Positions 28,911 through 38,900 of a stretch of 64,000 nt of DNA are shown here, one piece after another. Source of the stretch: Burkholderiales bacterium. GTDB lineage: Bacteria; Bacillota; Clostridia; Christensenellales; SZUA-584. A program made the translations under genes and the position numbers. Location: NCBI GenBank assembly GCA_050260375.1, contig JBLNCA010000007.1, positions 1,597 through 65,596 of the forward strand, in the 5' to 3' direction. The notes beneath the pieces are model-generated. The model was not told where the DNA came from. It saw nothing but the letters and a program-made list of their open reading frames with translations, and made no database searches. Within the stretch, counting starts at the first letter, position 1. Each line of letters begins with the position of its first letter.

Positions 28911-30119
28911 TCACGCGTTCCTTTTGCGAAGCATATCCCCCGGCCGCAAATCGTAAGGGCAGTTTATATAAAGCATCTCCTTGGGGTGGGGCGCGCTTAT
29001 CCTGCTCTCGCCCTCAGGAGTCAAAATATCGGTTACCTCAAACGAGCCGCTAAAACGCGGTGAGAGCGCTTCGAGCTCGTCGCCTTTTGAAAACTTGCCG
29101 CGCTGCTCTATCAGCAAAAGCCCTCTTTCGTCACGCGCCGCCTTCACTTTTGCCACAAAATCGTACGTGCGCCGCGGCGCGCTTAAGTCCGTGTCCTGTC
29201 CGCTCTCGCGCGGGTTGCCGTAGAAAAAGCCAGTGGTAAACGGGCGGCTGCCCGCTTTCAATACTTCGTCAAGCAAAGCGCTGTCAAACGGCTTGCCTTG
29301 AATGCAATCGTCGAGCGCACGGCGGTAAGCGCCCGTCACGCAGGCGACATAGTATTCGGACTTCATCCGGCCTTCTATTTTAAGCGACGTAACGCCCGCG
29401 TCTATAACGTCTTTTAAGTGGGATATCATGCAAAGGTCTTTGGAGTTGAATATGTACGTGCCGCGGTCGTCCTGCTGCACCGGAAAATACTCTCCCGCAT
29501 ACCCGCGTTCGCTCACGTAGTATTCCCAGCGGCAGGGCTGCGCGCATTCCCCCCTGTTGCCGCTCCTGCCCGTCAGGAAATTGGAGAGCAGGCAGCGCCC
29601 GGAATACGATATGCACATAGCGCCGTGCACGAATGCCTCGAATTCAAGCGCAGCGGGAGTGTTTTCTCTCATATACGATATCTCGGCAAGCGAAAGCTCG
29701 CGCGAGAGTATAATGCGCGATACGCCCTCGCTATGCCAGAACTGTGCGCTTTTTGAGTTTGTCGTGTTTGCCTGCGTGGAAAGGTGAATGGGAACATCGG
29801 GCGCTACGCGCCTTGCCGTACACAAAACGCCCGGGTCAGTTACGATAAACGCGTCGACCCCTAAGTCTCTTAACTCTTCCAGATAGCCTTCAAGGCCAGC
29901 AAAGTCGCTGTCGCGGAACACGGCGTTTACCGTAATATACAGGCGTTTATTAAGGCCGTGCAGCAGCGCCGCGGCCTCCTTTATCTCGTCTGTTGTAAAG
30001 TTGCCCGCAAAAGCACGCAGGCCGTACGCCTTGCCGGCCGCGTACACGGCGTCCGCGCCGAAATACGCTGCGGCTTTGAGCGCCTCCATGCTGCCCGCGG
30101 GCGCTAATAGCTCTATCAT
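28911..30119 (-). CDS. Peptidase U32 family protein
   Basis: 402 aa. MIELLAPAGSMEALKAAAYFGADAVY and EAFVHGAMCISYSGRCLLS, the U32 signature region. Confidence 0.85.
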   Translation of the reverse strand: MIELLAPAGSMEALKAAAYFGADAVYAAGKAYGLRAFAGNFTTDEIKEAAALLHGLNKRLYITVNAVFRDSDFAGLEGYLEELRDLGVDAFIVTDPGVLCTARRVAPDVPIHLSTQANTTNSKSAQFWHSEGVSRIILSRELSLAEISYMRENTPAALEFEAFVHGAMCISYSGRCLLSNFLTGRSGNRGECAQPCRWEYYVSERGYAGEYFPVQQDDRGTYIFNSKDLCMISHLKDVIDAGVTSLKIEGRMKSEYYVACVTGAYRRALDDCIQGKPFDSALLDEVLKAGSRPFTTGFFYGNPRESGQDTDLSAPRRTYDFVAKVKAARDERGLLLIEQRGKFSKGDELEALSPRFSGSFEVTDILTPEGESRISAPHPKEMLYINCPYDLRPGDMLRKRNA

Positions 30120-30121
30120 TA

Positions 30122-31408
30122 TTACGTTGTCGGGCTGGGCGACGCGCTCGCCTGCGCCGCCACGGCTTGTTCAAAAGCTTTTACGTTAGCGTGATGTTCG
30201 TCGAGAGTTTTGGCGAACACAAGCTCGCCCGAATCGGGCGCTTTGTTGCAGAAATACAGGTATTTGTCTGCGATGTACCCTTCGTCGGGATACAAAGCGG
30301 CTTCTATCGCCTGCTTGCCCGGGTTGCAGACCGGCCCAATAGGCAACCCTTTGTTTATGTCCGTGTTGTAAGGCGAATCTATAGTATGCTCCTCCGGCAA
30401 GTAGGAGAGCTTCTTTTTTCCTGTTATGTAACGCAATGTGGCGCCCGACTGCAGCGGCATGTCTATATCTTTATTAAGCCTGTTATGGAACACCGCCGAT
30501 ATCCTCTTGAAATCCTGCGGCAGACCTTCCCACTCAATCATCGACGCCAAGGTCATCACCTGGTCCGTAGTCATGCCCAATTCCTGCGCCTTTTCGGAGT
30601 AACCCAGCGTGAATATCTCATTAAACCTGTCAAGCAGCTTCTTTATTATATCCTCGGGCTTGGAATCCAAATACACCTCGTACGTGTCCGGGAACAGATA
30701 ACCTTCAAGTATATACCTGCGCTGTTTCGCGCTTTCCCCGGCTGAGAACGCGGAGATGAAATCATAATCGTTAAACGCTGCGGGGTCTTTGCACAGCCTG
30801 AGGAACTCGGCCTTTTCGGCTGTATCGAATACACCCTTCTGCACTAGCGTCGCCGCCATGTCTTCGACAGTCATGCCTTCGGTGAGCGTTACCCTTGCGG
30901 TCTTGCGGCCTCCGTCGCCCGCCTCGAGTATCGCTATTATCTCGTCCATCGTCATGGCCGGCGAGAGCTTGTACGTCCCCGCCTGCATCGAAGAGCCCTT
31001 GTCGTTGAAATCCGCGTACATCTGGAACACGAATTTATTGCGTATTATACCCGCCTCGTACAGCGTGGACGCTATCTTGGAAAGCGACGAGCCCGTCTTT
31101 ATCTGTATCGTTTGTACTGCGGAAGGGTCGCTGCCCGCGGGGTCGAAGTAGTTTCCCTTTACGTAAGCGAATACGGCCGTGCCCAGCCAGAACACCAGAG
31201 CCGCGCTGATAATGAGCAAAAGCGCGGGCCGGGTAAACTTCCAGATAAGCGCGGGAAGAGTATACTCTCTTATGGAGCTTCTCTCTTCCGCCAGGTCGGC
31301 TGGCTCGCGCGCGCCCGCATTCATAGAGAACTGACGCGTCTCGTTATGCGAGGGCGATATGCTGTTGTCGTCGGCAAAGTAATTATTGCCGCCACGCTTT
31401 CTCATCAT
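30122..31408 (-). CDS. mltG: Endolytic murein transglycosylase MltG (YceG-like)
   Basis: 428 aa. Single N-terminal TM, LysM-like segment, YceG region (TLASMIEWEG...LQSGATLRY...SPYNT). Confidence 0.85.
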   Translation of the reverse strand: MMRKRGGNNYFADDNSISPSHNETRQFSMNAGAREPADLAEERSSIREYTLPALIWKFTRPALLLIISAALVFWLGTAVFAYVKGNYFDPAGSDPSAVQTIQIKTGSSLSKIASTLYEAGIIRNKFVFQMYADFNDKGSSMQAGTYKLSPAMTMDEIIAILEAGDGGRKTARVTLTEGMTVEDMAATLVQKGVFDTAEKAEFLRLCKDPAAFNDYDFISAFSAGESAKQRRYILEGYLFPDTYEVYLDSKPEDIIKKLLDRFNEIFTLGYSEKAQELGMTTDQVMTLASMIEWEGLPQDFKRISAVFHNRLNKDIDMPLQSGATLRYITGKKKLSYLPEEHTIDSPYNTDINKGLPIGPVCNPGKQAIEAALYPDEGYIADKYLYFCNKAPDSGELVFAKTLDEHHANVKAFEQAVAAQASASPSPTT

Positions 31409-31411
31409 TGC

Positions 31412-31759
31412 TTATTCCTTTAAAAAATCGAGCCCCAAGTCGCACGCGCTGTTTAATATGTTGTACACGTCGCCGACAAGCGTCTGGAACTTGTACTCGG
31501 CGGCGAAGAACTCGGTAACGCTGTTGTTGAAAGCGAGCAGCTCGCCCAGCTTCTTTACCTTGTCCATCGTCTCGGTCGGCGGCTCGTTTCCGGCAAGATA
31601 TGCCGCCTGCGCCTCAAACTGCAGCTTCTTGTAGTCCTTAATAAGCGCTTTCGTACTCTCGTCAGCCATAACGACGGCCTTTAAGCGCGCGTATACCTTA
31701 TATTCAGGGCTGTTCTTAATCTCGTTTGCGAGTTCGTGCGCCTTATCGTATACCAGCAT
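31412..31759 (-). CDS. YlbF/YmcA family regulatory protein
   Basis: 115 aa, helical. MLVYDKAHELANEIKNSPEYKVYARLK resembles the N-terminus of this family. Confidence 0.6.
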   Translation of the reverse strand: MLVYDKAHELANEIKNSPEYKVYARLKAVVMADESTKALIKDYKKLQFEAQAAYLAGNEPPTETMDKVKKLGELLAFNNSVTEFFAAEYKFQTLVGDVYNILNSACDLGLDFLKE

Positions 31760-31769
31760 TCCCCACTCC

Positions 31770-33431
31770 TTAGATATCTATTATGATGGGAAGTATCATA
31801 GGGTTGCGCTTTGTGCTGTCATATAGATAGCTGCGCAGCGCTTTCTTTATGCGGCTCTTTATAGTCGTCCATTCCGTTATCTTGTTCTTTTCGCAGTCCT
31901 CTACGACTTCCGTAATAAGCTTTTTAGCGGCTTCGAGTAAATCGCCCGACTCGCGCATATACACGAATCCCCTCGATACTATATCAGGCCCCGCCACGAG
32001 CTCTCCCGTCTCGGATGATATAGTCACCACCACAATAAACAGGCCGTCCTGTGAAAGCTGCTTCCTGTCGCGCAGCACCACGTTGCCTACGTCGCCCACT
32101 CCGAGGCCGTCTATGATTATGCTGCCCGACGGCACCGTTTCAGTAAACCTCGAAAACTTCCTGCCTATTTCTATAACCTTGCCTATCTCGGGTATGAATA
32201 TGTTCTTCTTCTTTACCCCCACGCTCTCGGCAAGCCCCGCGTGCCGGTAGAGATGGCGGTATTCGCCGTGCACCGGTATGAAGTATTTCGGTTTCGTTAT
32301 AGACAGCATCAGCTTAAGCTCTTCTTCGCACGCGTGGCCGGAGACGTGTATGTCCGCCATCGCTTCGTTTATTACGTCGGCGCCCTTGCGGTACAGCATG
32401 TTAATGACGTCGGATATGTACCTCTCGTTGCCGGGTATCGCCGACGCCGAGATTATAACGAGGTCGCCCGGCATCATCTGAAGCTTCTTGTGCTCGCCCG
32501 CAGCCATGCGCACCAGCCCCGACATCGTCTCGCCCTGGCTGCCCGTAGTCAGTATGACTATCTTTGAAGCGGCGAGCTTGTCAAGCTCTTCCGGCTCAAC
32601 AAGCAGGTCTTCATCGTATTCGAGGTAGCCAAGCTCCTTTGCCACCTTTGCTATCTTAAGCATGCTCCTGCCCGAGAGGCAGACCTTCCTGCCAAAGCGC
32701 TTCGATGCGGTTATCACCTGCTGCAGCCTATGTATATTTGAAGCGAAAGTCGCTACAATTATCCTCCCCGTGGCTTTCTTGAAAAAGCTCTCGAACGTCT
32801 CGCCTACCTTGCTCTCCGACATCGTCGAGCCCGGGTTTTCCGCGTTCGTAGAATCGGACATCAGTACGAGCACGCCTTTTTTGCCGAGTTCCGCGAACTT
32901 TGCCAGGTCTATCACCCTGCCGTCAGTCGGCGTGTAATCCACCTTAAAATCGCCCGTGTGCACCAGTATGCCTATCGGCGTGTGTATTGCAAAGCCCAAG
33001 GCCGCGTCTATGCTGTGGTTTACCTGTATCGCTTCTATCTTGAAGAGACCTGCGCTGATTGTGTCTCCCGGCTTTATTATGTTGAAATTTAAGCCCTCGA
33101 TCTTCCTTTCGGCAAGCTTCGTTTCAATAAGCGCCAGCGAAAGGTCCGTTCCGTATACCGGGGCGCCCAGGTCCTGCAGCAGGTAGGGCGTCGCCCCTAT
33201 ATGGTCCTCATGGCCGTGCGTTATAAGCACAGCCTTTATTTTTTCCTTGTTCTTCTTCAGGTACGCCGCGTCGGGTATCACGTAGTCCACGCCCAACATG
33301 TCTTCCCGTGGAAACGACAGCCCGCAGTCAATAACTATTATCTCGTCGCCGTACTCTATAACTGTCATGTTTTTTCCCACTTCGCCTACTCCGCCAAGCG
33401 GGATGATACGCACTGAATTCTGTTTTGCCAA
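31770..33431 (-). CDS. rnj: Ribonuclease J
   Basis: Beta-lactamase/beta-CASP protein: VRIIPLGGVGEVGKNMTVIEY, ITHGHEDHIG. The track ORF starts at a TTG at 33473. A TTG at 33431-33429 preceded by GAGGAA gives (M)AKQNSVRIIPLGG, the usual N-terminus. Confidence 0.9.
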   Translation of the reverse strand: MAKQNSVRIIPLGGVGEVGKNMTVIEYGDEIIVIDCGLSFPREDMLGVDYVIPDAAYLKKNKEKIKAVLITHGHEDHIGATPYLLQDLGAPVYGTDLSLALIETKLAERKIEGLNFNIIKPGDTISAGLFKIEAIQVNHSIDAALGFAIHTPIGILVHTGDFKVDYTPTDGRVIDLAKFAELGKKGVLVLMSDSTNAENPGSTMSESKVGETFESFFKKATGRIIVATFASNIHRLQQVITASKRFGRKVCLSGRSMLKIAKVAKELGYLEYDEDLLVEPEELDKLAASKIVILTTGSQGETMSGLVRMAAGEHKKLQMMPGDLVIISASAIPGNERYISDVINMLYRKGADVINEAMADIHVSGHACEEELKLMLSITKPKYFIPVHGEYRHLYRHAGLAESVGVKKKNIFIPEIGKVIEIGRKFSRFTETVPSGSIIIDGLGVGDVGNVVLRDRKQLSQDGLFIVVVTISSETGELVAGPDIVSRGFVYMRESGDLLEAAKKLITEVVEDCEKNKITEWTTIKSRIKKALRSYLYDSTKRNPMILPIIIDI

Positions 33432-33578
33432 GTATATTCCTCGCTCTCTTCCTGCCCCTATATAATAAATCAATTACATTTTTTGCGCAAGCGCAATGAA
33501 TCCAAACTGTCTTGCCTGTCTGAATTAAACATTTTACAATTAGTAATTATATAAAACGAAGCCGGACTCTTGGTAAGA

Positions 33579-33911
33579 TTATTTTGCCTTATATCTGTCT
33601 TTTTGGTCGAAAAACGTTATATCAGCGTAACCCGCGTATATCCTGCCCGAATGCTTTGCGCCCGCCGGTATGAAATACCTGTCGCCCTTTTGAAACGTGT
33701 GCGGCACGCCTTCTATGTTAAGATCTATCCTGCCCTCGAGCACCACGCCAAATTGTGCCGCGTGGGAATGCTCGGGAAGGTCGGCGTCCTCCCCAAACTC
33801 CATGAATATTATCTGATGGCTGCCGTCCTGCGAAAGGTAGGCGCGCACGCCGCTGATCGGTATGTCCGCCTCGGGAAGGCCGAGTATCGGCTCGGGAAAT
33901 ATCAATTCCAT
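33579..33911 (-). CDS. Cupin domain protein
   Basis: 110 aa. HSHAAQFGVVLEGRI...GDRYFIPAGAKH, a two-motif cupin pattern. Confidence 0.7.
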   Translation of the reverse strand: MELIFPEPILGLPEADIPISGVRAYLSQDGSHQIIFMEFGEDADLPEHSHAAQFGVVLEGRIDLNIEGVPHTFQKGDRYFIPAGAKHSGRIYAGYADITFFDQKDRYKAK

Positions 33912-34102
33912 ATTTGCTTCTCCCGGGTAAATCTATTCCTTACTGCTTTGCTGCAACTCAAATAGTTTAACATCAAAAGTAACTGTAGTAAATATAAAAC
34001 ATTTTTCAGCAGTGTGATATGTGGTAAACCATATTGCTTAATCAAAGCAAGCTCCAGGAGCGGACAGGAGGACTTGAAGGCATAATTACCTGCAATATAT
34101 AA

Positions 34103-34121
34103 GAGGGCTATCAAAGCCCTC
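34103..34121 (-). terminator. Possible terminator after the nucleotidyltransferase fusion gene
   Basis: The minus RNA reads GAGGGCU-uugau-AGCCCUC followed by UUAUAUAUU, a weak U-tract. Confidence 0.4.
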
Positions 34122-34140
34122 CCCTGCAATCAATACAATA

Positions 34141-36528
34141 TTATTTATCGGAAGTATTGTTATCTTTTTTTAGTATCTTCTTCACCATATCGGTGTACTT
34201 CTCGCACAGTTCCTCGGCGTATTCCTCAGTATACCCTTCAGTGCGTATCACTATTTTCGGGTGCGTAGCATGCGGGCAGATATAGCCGTAGCCGTTTTCC
34301 ACGTCGAGCCGCAGGCCTTCCGCCGCAGCGGAGGCGCCCTCGCGGTATACCTCCTTTATCACCCTTCCTATGTCGTCCCAGCTGCAGCTTATCTCGCGCA
34401 CGCGCTTATGCTCCGGCTCTATCATGCCCGCTATTTCTTCCAGCGACAAGCCCGTCCGCGCCATGTGCTCCGCGAGCCGGCACACTGCGTAAGCGCCGTC
34501 GAAAAGCATGCGCCGCGCGTCCGCGCCATACGAGCGCAGCGCTTCCTCTTCGGAGGCGTAGGAGACTTTAAGTCCCATTATCTGCGCGACGGCAACGGTG
34601 CCGCGCGAAGCGCCTGACGGAAGCGTAACGCTGTCTCCGCCCAGGCTGTTGAACATAAGGTAATAAACCATTGTCTCGAACTCGCCCTCGCCTATTACTC
34701 GCCCGTCGGGCAGGTACAGCGAACAAAAAGTAAAGTTGCGCGACATCCTTACCGCAAAGCGCGCGCCCTCCTCGCGCAGCACGCCCGTAATTGGCTCGTC
34801 CAGATCGCTGTGATGCCACACCGCGCGTATGCCGCATTGCCCGAGCGCTTTCGCCGCAAGCCCGTCAATGTCCTTGCCGCCGCGCACTACAACGCTCAGC
34901 CCCGCGCTCTTTATAGAGGCGCTGTCTATGCCGCGGAACGCGGTGCCCAGATAAAGGCTCTCCGCCGCGTCCATAGGTATCTCCCTGCCGCACGCCTTGT
35001 TTGCCGTCTGCTCGCCCTGCGCGAAGTACTTTGCTTCTATCTTCTTTCTCGCGCCTTTGGAAAGTATGAATATGTCGGGCTCGAATATGTCAACAAACAG
35101 CTTTGCGCCCTTATACGACTTAATCGAGGCGCACAGCCCCGCGCCCAAAAGCGAAGCCGCCTGCGCGCACACCGGCTTTGGAACGTTTTTCATGGAGTAT
35201 ACGTCCGCGCCGCTCTGCGTGAATATGCCCGCGGCCTGCTTTAACACTGCGTCCGCGTACGGCGTGCCGTCCGTGCATACGGCGACGCTCCTGCCCGACA
35301 TATATTCCGCCGCAGCGCCGAATATCCTGCCGAGGCGCAGCGGCGTTATATCCGCCCCTATGTCGCCCGCAAAGCCGTTTTTGCATAGGAAATTCGGCCG
35401 TTCGCCAAAGCCCCATATTATGTTCTCGTTGGCGGATGCGCCGTGAGACAGGCACTTGTCGGGCCAGATCTTGACGCGCGGCGAAACGGTGTTGTCGCCC
35501 GACAGCTTGCAGCGCTCGCCTATTACCGCGCCCTCGTTTATTATGCACTTGTCGCCCGCCGTGCTTCCCGCAGCCATTACGCACAAATTGAGCTTCGAGT
35601 ATCTGCCCACGCTTGAGCCACCGAGCAGCACGCTGCGCTTTATGCTGGCGTGCGCCCCTACGCGCGAGCCTGCGCCCACCGACGAAAACCTTCCTATTCT
35701 CGCTCCTTCGCCAATTACCGCGCCGTCGCCCAGAAAACACGGAGACTGCATCAGCGCAGAGCCGCTTATCCGTACGTCTTCGCCCACGCGTATGCCGTCA
35801 AGGTTCCTGCCCTTTATATCCGCTTTGACCTTTCCGTCCAGCAGGTCTTCATGCGCCTTAAGGTAGCTCTCTATGTTGCCCACGTCGCACCAGTAGCCTT
35901 GCGCTATGTAGCCCGATACCCGTATGCCGTTCTTCAGCATAAGCGGAAACAGGTCTTTGGCAAAATCGAACTTCTCGCCTGAGGGTATCATATCGAGCAC
36001 GTCAGGCTCGAGTATGTATATGCCTGTGTTTACGGTATCGCTGAACACGTCCTCCCAGCCCGGCTTTTCGACGAACCGCTCCACGCTGCCGTCGTCGCCC
36101 GAGATTACTACCCCGTACTCGAGCGGCTCGCCCATGCTTTTTAATACCAGCGTAGCTTTGGCGCCCGTGCGCCTGTGGAACACCACGGCGTCCGTTATAT
36201 CTATATCGCACAGCGCGTCTCCGCTTATTACAACGAACGTGCCGTCCACAAAGCCGGAAGCGTTTTTGACGCTGCCCGCGGTGCCCAGCGGCTCGTCCTC
36301 AATGAAATATTCTATATTCGCGTTTTTTGTATCCTGGAAGTAGTCTATGATTACGGACGGGCGGTACATCAGCGTAAACGCCATGTCGCGTATGCCGTGC
36401 CTTAAAAGGTGCTCAACCGTGTACTCCGCGAGCGGTTTATCGAGCAGCTTAACCATGGGTTTTGGCACGTCGCACGTAAGAGGCCTAAGGCGCGTGCCCT
36501 CGCCGCCCGCCATCACTATAGCTTTCAT
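34141..36528 (-). CDS. Sugar-phosphate nucleotidyltransferase fused to left-handed beta-helix and phosphohexomutase-like domains
   Basis: 795 aa. MKAIVMAGGEGTRLRPLT...PKPMV NTP-transferase motif, hexapeptide-repeat middle part, and a C-terminal PGM/PMM-like architecture with non-canonical active-site loops (see findings). Confidence 0.8.
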   Translation of the reverse strand: MKAIVMAGGEGTRLRPLTCDVPKPMVKLLDKPLAEYTVEHLLRHGIRDMAFTLMYRPSVIIDYFQDTKNANIEYFIEDEPLGTAGSVKNASGFVDGTFVVISGDALCDIDITDAVVFHRRTGAKATLVLKSMGEPLEYGVVISGDDGSVERFVEKPGWEDVFSDTVNTGIYILEPDVLDMIPSGEKFDFAKDLFPLMLKNGIRVSGYIAQGYWCDVGNIESYLKAHEDLLDGKVKADIKGRNLDGIRVGEDVRISGSALMQSPCFLGDGAVIGEGARIGRFSSVGAGSRVGAHASIKRSVLLGGSSVGRYSKLNLCVMAAGSTAGDKCIINEGAVIGERCKLSGDNTVSPRVKIWPDKCLSHGASANENIIWGFGERPNFLCKNGFAGDIGADITPLRLGRIFGAAAEYMSGRSVAVCTDGTPYADAVLKQAAGIFTQSGADVYSMKNVPKPVCAQAASLLGAGLCASIKSYKGAKLFVDIFEPDIFILSKGARKKIEAKYFAQGEQTANKACGREIPMDAAESLYLGTAFRGIDSASIKSAGLSVVVRGGKDIDGLAAKALGQCGIRAVWHHSDLDEPITGVLREEGARFAVRMSRNFTFCSLYLPDGRVIGEGEFETMVYYLMFNSLGGDSVTLPSGASRGTVAVAQIMGLKVSYASEEEALRSYGADARRMLFDGAYAVCRLAEHMARTGLSLEEIAGMIEPEHKRVREISCSWDDIGRVIKEVYREGASAAAEGLRLDVENGYGYICPHATHPKIVIRTEGYTEEYAEELCEKYTDMVKKILKKDNNTSDK

Positions 36529-36540
36529 AATAATGCTCTC

Positions 36541-36607
36541 CTTACACCCCGGTGGCTTTCGTTAAAATCACCCCAAAAAGGTGAGCCTTTTTAGGGTGTT
36601 ATAAAAC
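36541..36607 (+). repeat. Family-1-like repeat (partial unit plus variant hairpin) in the hslU-nucleotidyltransferase spacer
   Basis: CTTACACCCCGG... (its tail forms the SD of the downstream gene), then CACCCCAAAAAGG-tgag-CCTTTTTAGGGTG. Confidence 0.65.
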
Positions 36608-36648
36608 AGGGTCTGGCATTATTATGTTTCAGCTTGCTCCGCGATATT

Positions 36649-38028
36649 CTATAGTATGTACTTTTGCAGGTCGTTGTCCTTTATCTGCTCTTTTAGGTGC
36701 TCTTTTACGTAGGCCGCGTCTATCTCAACGTCTATCATCGGGTGGTCGCCGCCCGCGTTGAAGGATATGTCCTCCAGCAGCGATTCCACGACGGTATGCA
36801 GCCTGCGCGCGCCTATGTTTTCCGACGTTTCGTTAACCATTACGGCGTACTTCGCAATCGCGTCTATCGCGTCTTCCTTGAATATGAGGCGTATGTTGTC
36901 CGCTTCAAGCAGCGCCTGATACTGCTTTATAATGGCGTTCTTGGGCTGCGTCAGTATGCGCTTCATATCTTCGGCGGTAAGGCTCTTAAGCTCCACCTTT
37001 ATCGGGAACCTGCCTTGCAGCTCGGGTATGAGGTCGGATATCTTAGACACGTGGAACGCGCCCGCCGCTATGAACAGCATGTAGTCCGTCTTGACAGGCC
37101 CGTATTTCGTTACTACGGTTGAGCCTTCAACAATCGGCAGTATATCCCGCTGCACACCCTCGCGCGATACGTCGGGTCCCTGCCCCATGTTCTTGCCCGC
37201 TATCTTGTCTATCTCATCTAAGAATATTATCCCGTCCTGCTCGGCGCGCTCTATCGCCGTGCTTATCACTTCGTCCATGTCTATAAGTTTGTCGGCTTCC
37301 TCCTGCGTGAATATCTTGCGCGCTTCGGATACCGTCACCCTGCGCCGCTTCGTCTTCTTGGGAAGTATGCCGCCCAGCATATCCTGTATGTTTATGTCGC
37401 TGCCCAGTCCCGCTATCTCTATACCTATCGACGAGTTGTCCTGCACCTCGATTTCTATCATCGTATCCTCGAGTTTTCCCGCGCGCAATTGCGCCAATGT
37501 TTCCTCGCGCTTCGTCATGCGCTTCTGGCGCTCTTCCTGCGTTTCGGGAGGCACGCTCTGCCCCTGTCCCAAAAGCGCCTGGAAAGGGTTCGCAGCCGGA
37601 GCGGGCTTGCGGTGCAACGGCGCGAGTATGTCAACGAGCCTTTCTTCCGCCGCCTTTTCGGCCTTGGAACGCACTGTCTCATGCCGCGACGCCTTTACCA
37701 TCCGTATCGACGCCTCTACAAGGTCTCTCACCATCGATTCCACGTCGCGCCCGACGTATCCCACTTCGGTGAACTTCGTGGCCTCTACCTTTATGAACGG
37801 CGCGTTCATCAGCTTGGCGAGCCGCCTCGCTATTTCCGTCTTGCCTACGCCCGTGGGCCCCACCATTATTATGTTCTTGGGAGTTATCTCATCCCGCATC
37901 TCCTGCTCGACCTTGTTGCGGCGGTAGCGGTTGCGCAGGGCCACAGCCACGGCGCGTTTCGCCTTGTCCTGCCCGATTATATACTTGTCAAGCTCGCTGA
38001 CTATCTCTTTTGGCGTCAGATGGGACAT
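36649..38028 (-). CDS. hslU: ATP-dependent protease ATPase subunit HslU
   Basis: [17 protein letters not shown], Walker [16 protein letters not shown]. The ATG at 38028-38026 lies 1 nt after the hslV stop; the 5-codon upstream extension in the track overlaps hslV. Confidence 0.95.
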   Translation of the reverse strand: MSHLTPKEIVSELDKYIIGQDKAKRAVAVALRNRYRRNKVEQEMRDEITPKNIIMVGPTGVGKTEIARRLAKLMNAPFIKVEATKFTEVGYVGRDVESMVRDLVEASIRMVKASRHETVRSKAEKAAEERLVDILAPLHRKPAPAANPFQALLGQGQSVPPETQEERQKRMTKREETLAQLRAGKLEDTMIEIEVQDNSSIGIEIAGLGSDINIQDMLGGILPKKTKRRRVTVSEARKIFTQEEADKLIDMDEVISTAIERAEQDGIIFLDEIDKIAGKNMGQGPDVSREGVQRDILPIVEGSTVVTKYGPVKTDYMLFIAAGAFHVSKISDLIPELQGRFPIKVELKSLTAEDMKRILTQPKNAIIKQYQALLEADNIRLIFKEDAIDAIAKYAVMVNETSENIGARRLHTVVESLLEDISFNAGGDHPMIDVEIDAAYVKEHLKEQIKDNDLQKYIL

Positions 38029-38029
38029 G

Positions 38030-38560
38030 CTATACCTCCTCAACGGTTATCACGTTGTTTGTAAACACGCATATGCTGCTCGCTATTGCCATAGCTTTTT
38101 TGACTATCTCCAGCGCGGATAAATCGGTATTCTCCTTCAGCGCCTTGGCTGCCGCGAGAGCGTAACTTCCGCCCGAGCCTATGGCCGCTATGTCGTCGTC
38201 GGGCGTTATCACCTCGCCGCTGCCCGATATTACGAGCAGTTCGTCCTTGTCCGCCGCGATAAGCATCGCTTCAAGCTTGCGCAGCACCTTGTCTCCGCGC
38301 CATTCCTGCGCCAGTTCCACCGCGGCGCGCTGCAGGCTGCCGCTGTACTGCTCGAGCTTTGCCTCGAAGCGCTCGGAAAGCGTGAACGCGTCGGCAACCG
38401 AGCCCGCAAACCCTACGACGACCTTGTCGTCAAAAAGCCGCCGCACCTTCTTTGCGTTGTGCTTCATTATAGTATTCTGGCCGAACGTGACCTGCCCGTC
38501 GCCCGCGATGGCGCACTTGCCGTCCCGCCTCACCGCTACTATCGTAGTGCCTTCCATCAT
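38030..38560 (-). CDS. hslV: ATP-dependent protease subunit HslV
   Basis: The track ORF is over-extended into repeat DNA. ATG ATG at 38560-38555 is preceded by GGAGGAAACAGAG and gives [15 protein letters not shown] (catalytic Thr N-terminus). Confidence 0.9.
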   Translation of the reverse strand: MMEGTTIVAVRRDGKCAIAGDGQVTFGQNTIMKHNAKKVRRLFDDKVVVGFAGSVADAFTLSERFEAKLEQYSGSLQRAAVELAQEWRGDKVLRKLEAMLIAADKDELLVISGSGEVITPDDDIAAIGSGGSYALAAAKALKENTDLSALEIVKKAMAIASSICVFTNNVITVEEV

Positions 38561-38613
38561 CTCTGTTTCCTCCAAAACATTCCCGAAACCGCGTTGATTC
38601 CGAAAACCGTTAT

Positions 38614-38689
38614 GGGGACGAGGCAAAGCCTCTCCCCTTATACACACCCCATCAAGTCTTGCGACTTGCCGGGGGCCCCGTATATATAC
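38614..38689 (+). repeat. GC hairpin plus diverged family-1 unit
   Basis: GGGGACGAGGC-aaa-GCCTCTCCCC (38614-38637), then TTATACACACCCCATCAAGTCTTGCGACTTGCCGGGGGCCCCGTATATATAC. Confidence 0.7.
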
Positions 38690-38736
38690 GCGGGAGGGAC
38701 AAACCCCTCCCTGAATGTCCTTCTTTATTATCTTAT

Positions 38737-38900
38737 ATTACCCCATCAAGCCTCACGACTTGCTGGGGACCCCGTATTTACACCCTATTAAGCCTCACGA
38801 CTTTTTGGGGACCCCGTATTTACACCCCATCAGCCTCACGGCTTGCTGGGGACCCCGTATTTACACCCCATCAAGTCTCACGACTTGCTGGGGACCCCAT
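38737..38900 (+). repeat. Family-1 hairpin repeat, array of four head-to-tail units
   Basis: Units at 38737-38776, 38777-38818, 38819-38859 and 38860-38900. Each reads (T)TTACACCCCAT(C/T)AAGYCTCACGRCTTGCTGGGGACCCCGTA. Confidence 0.9.

Noticed and set aside
38737-38900. Tandem ~40-bp palindromic repeats (also at 27495-27622) as a possible CRISPR array.
   Set aside because: The units are directly adjacent with no unique spacers. Unit number is small, copies are scattered singly around the window, and no cas genes are present.
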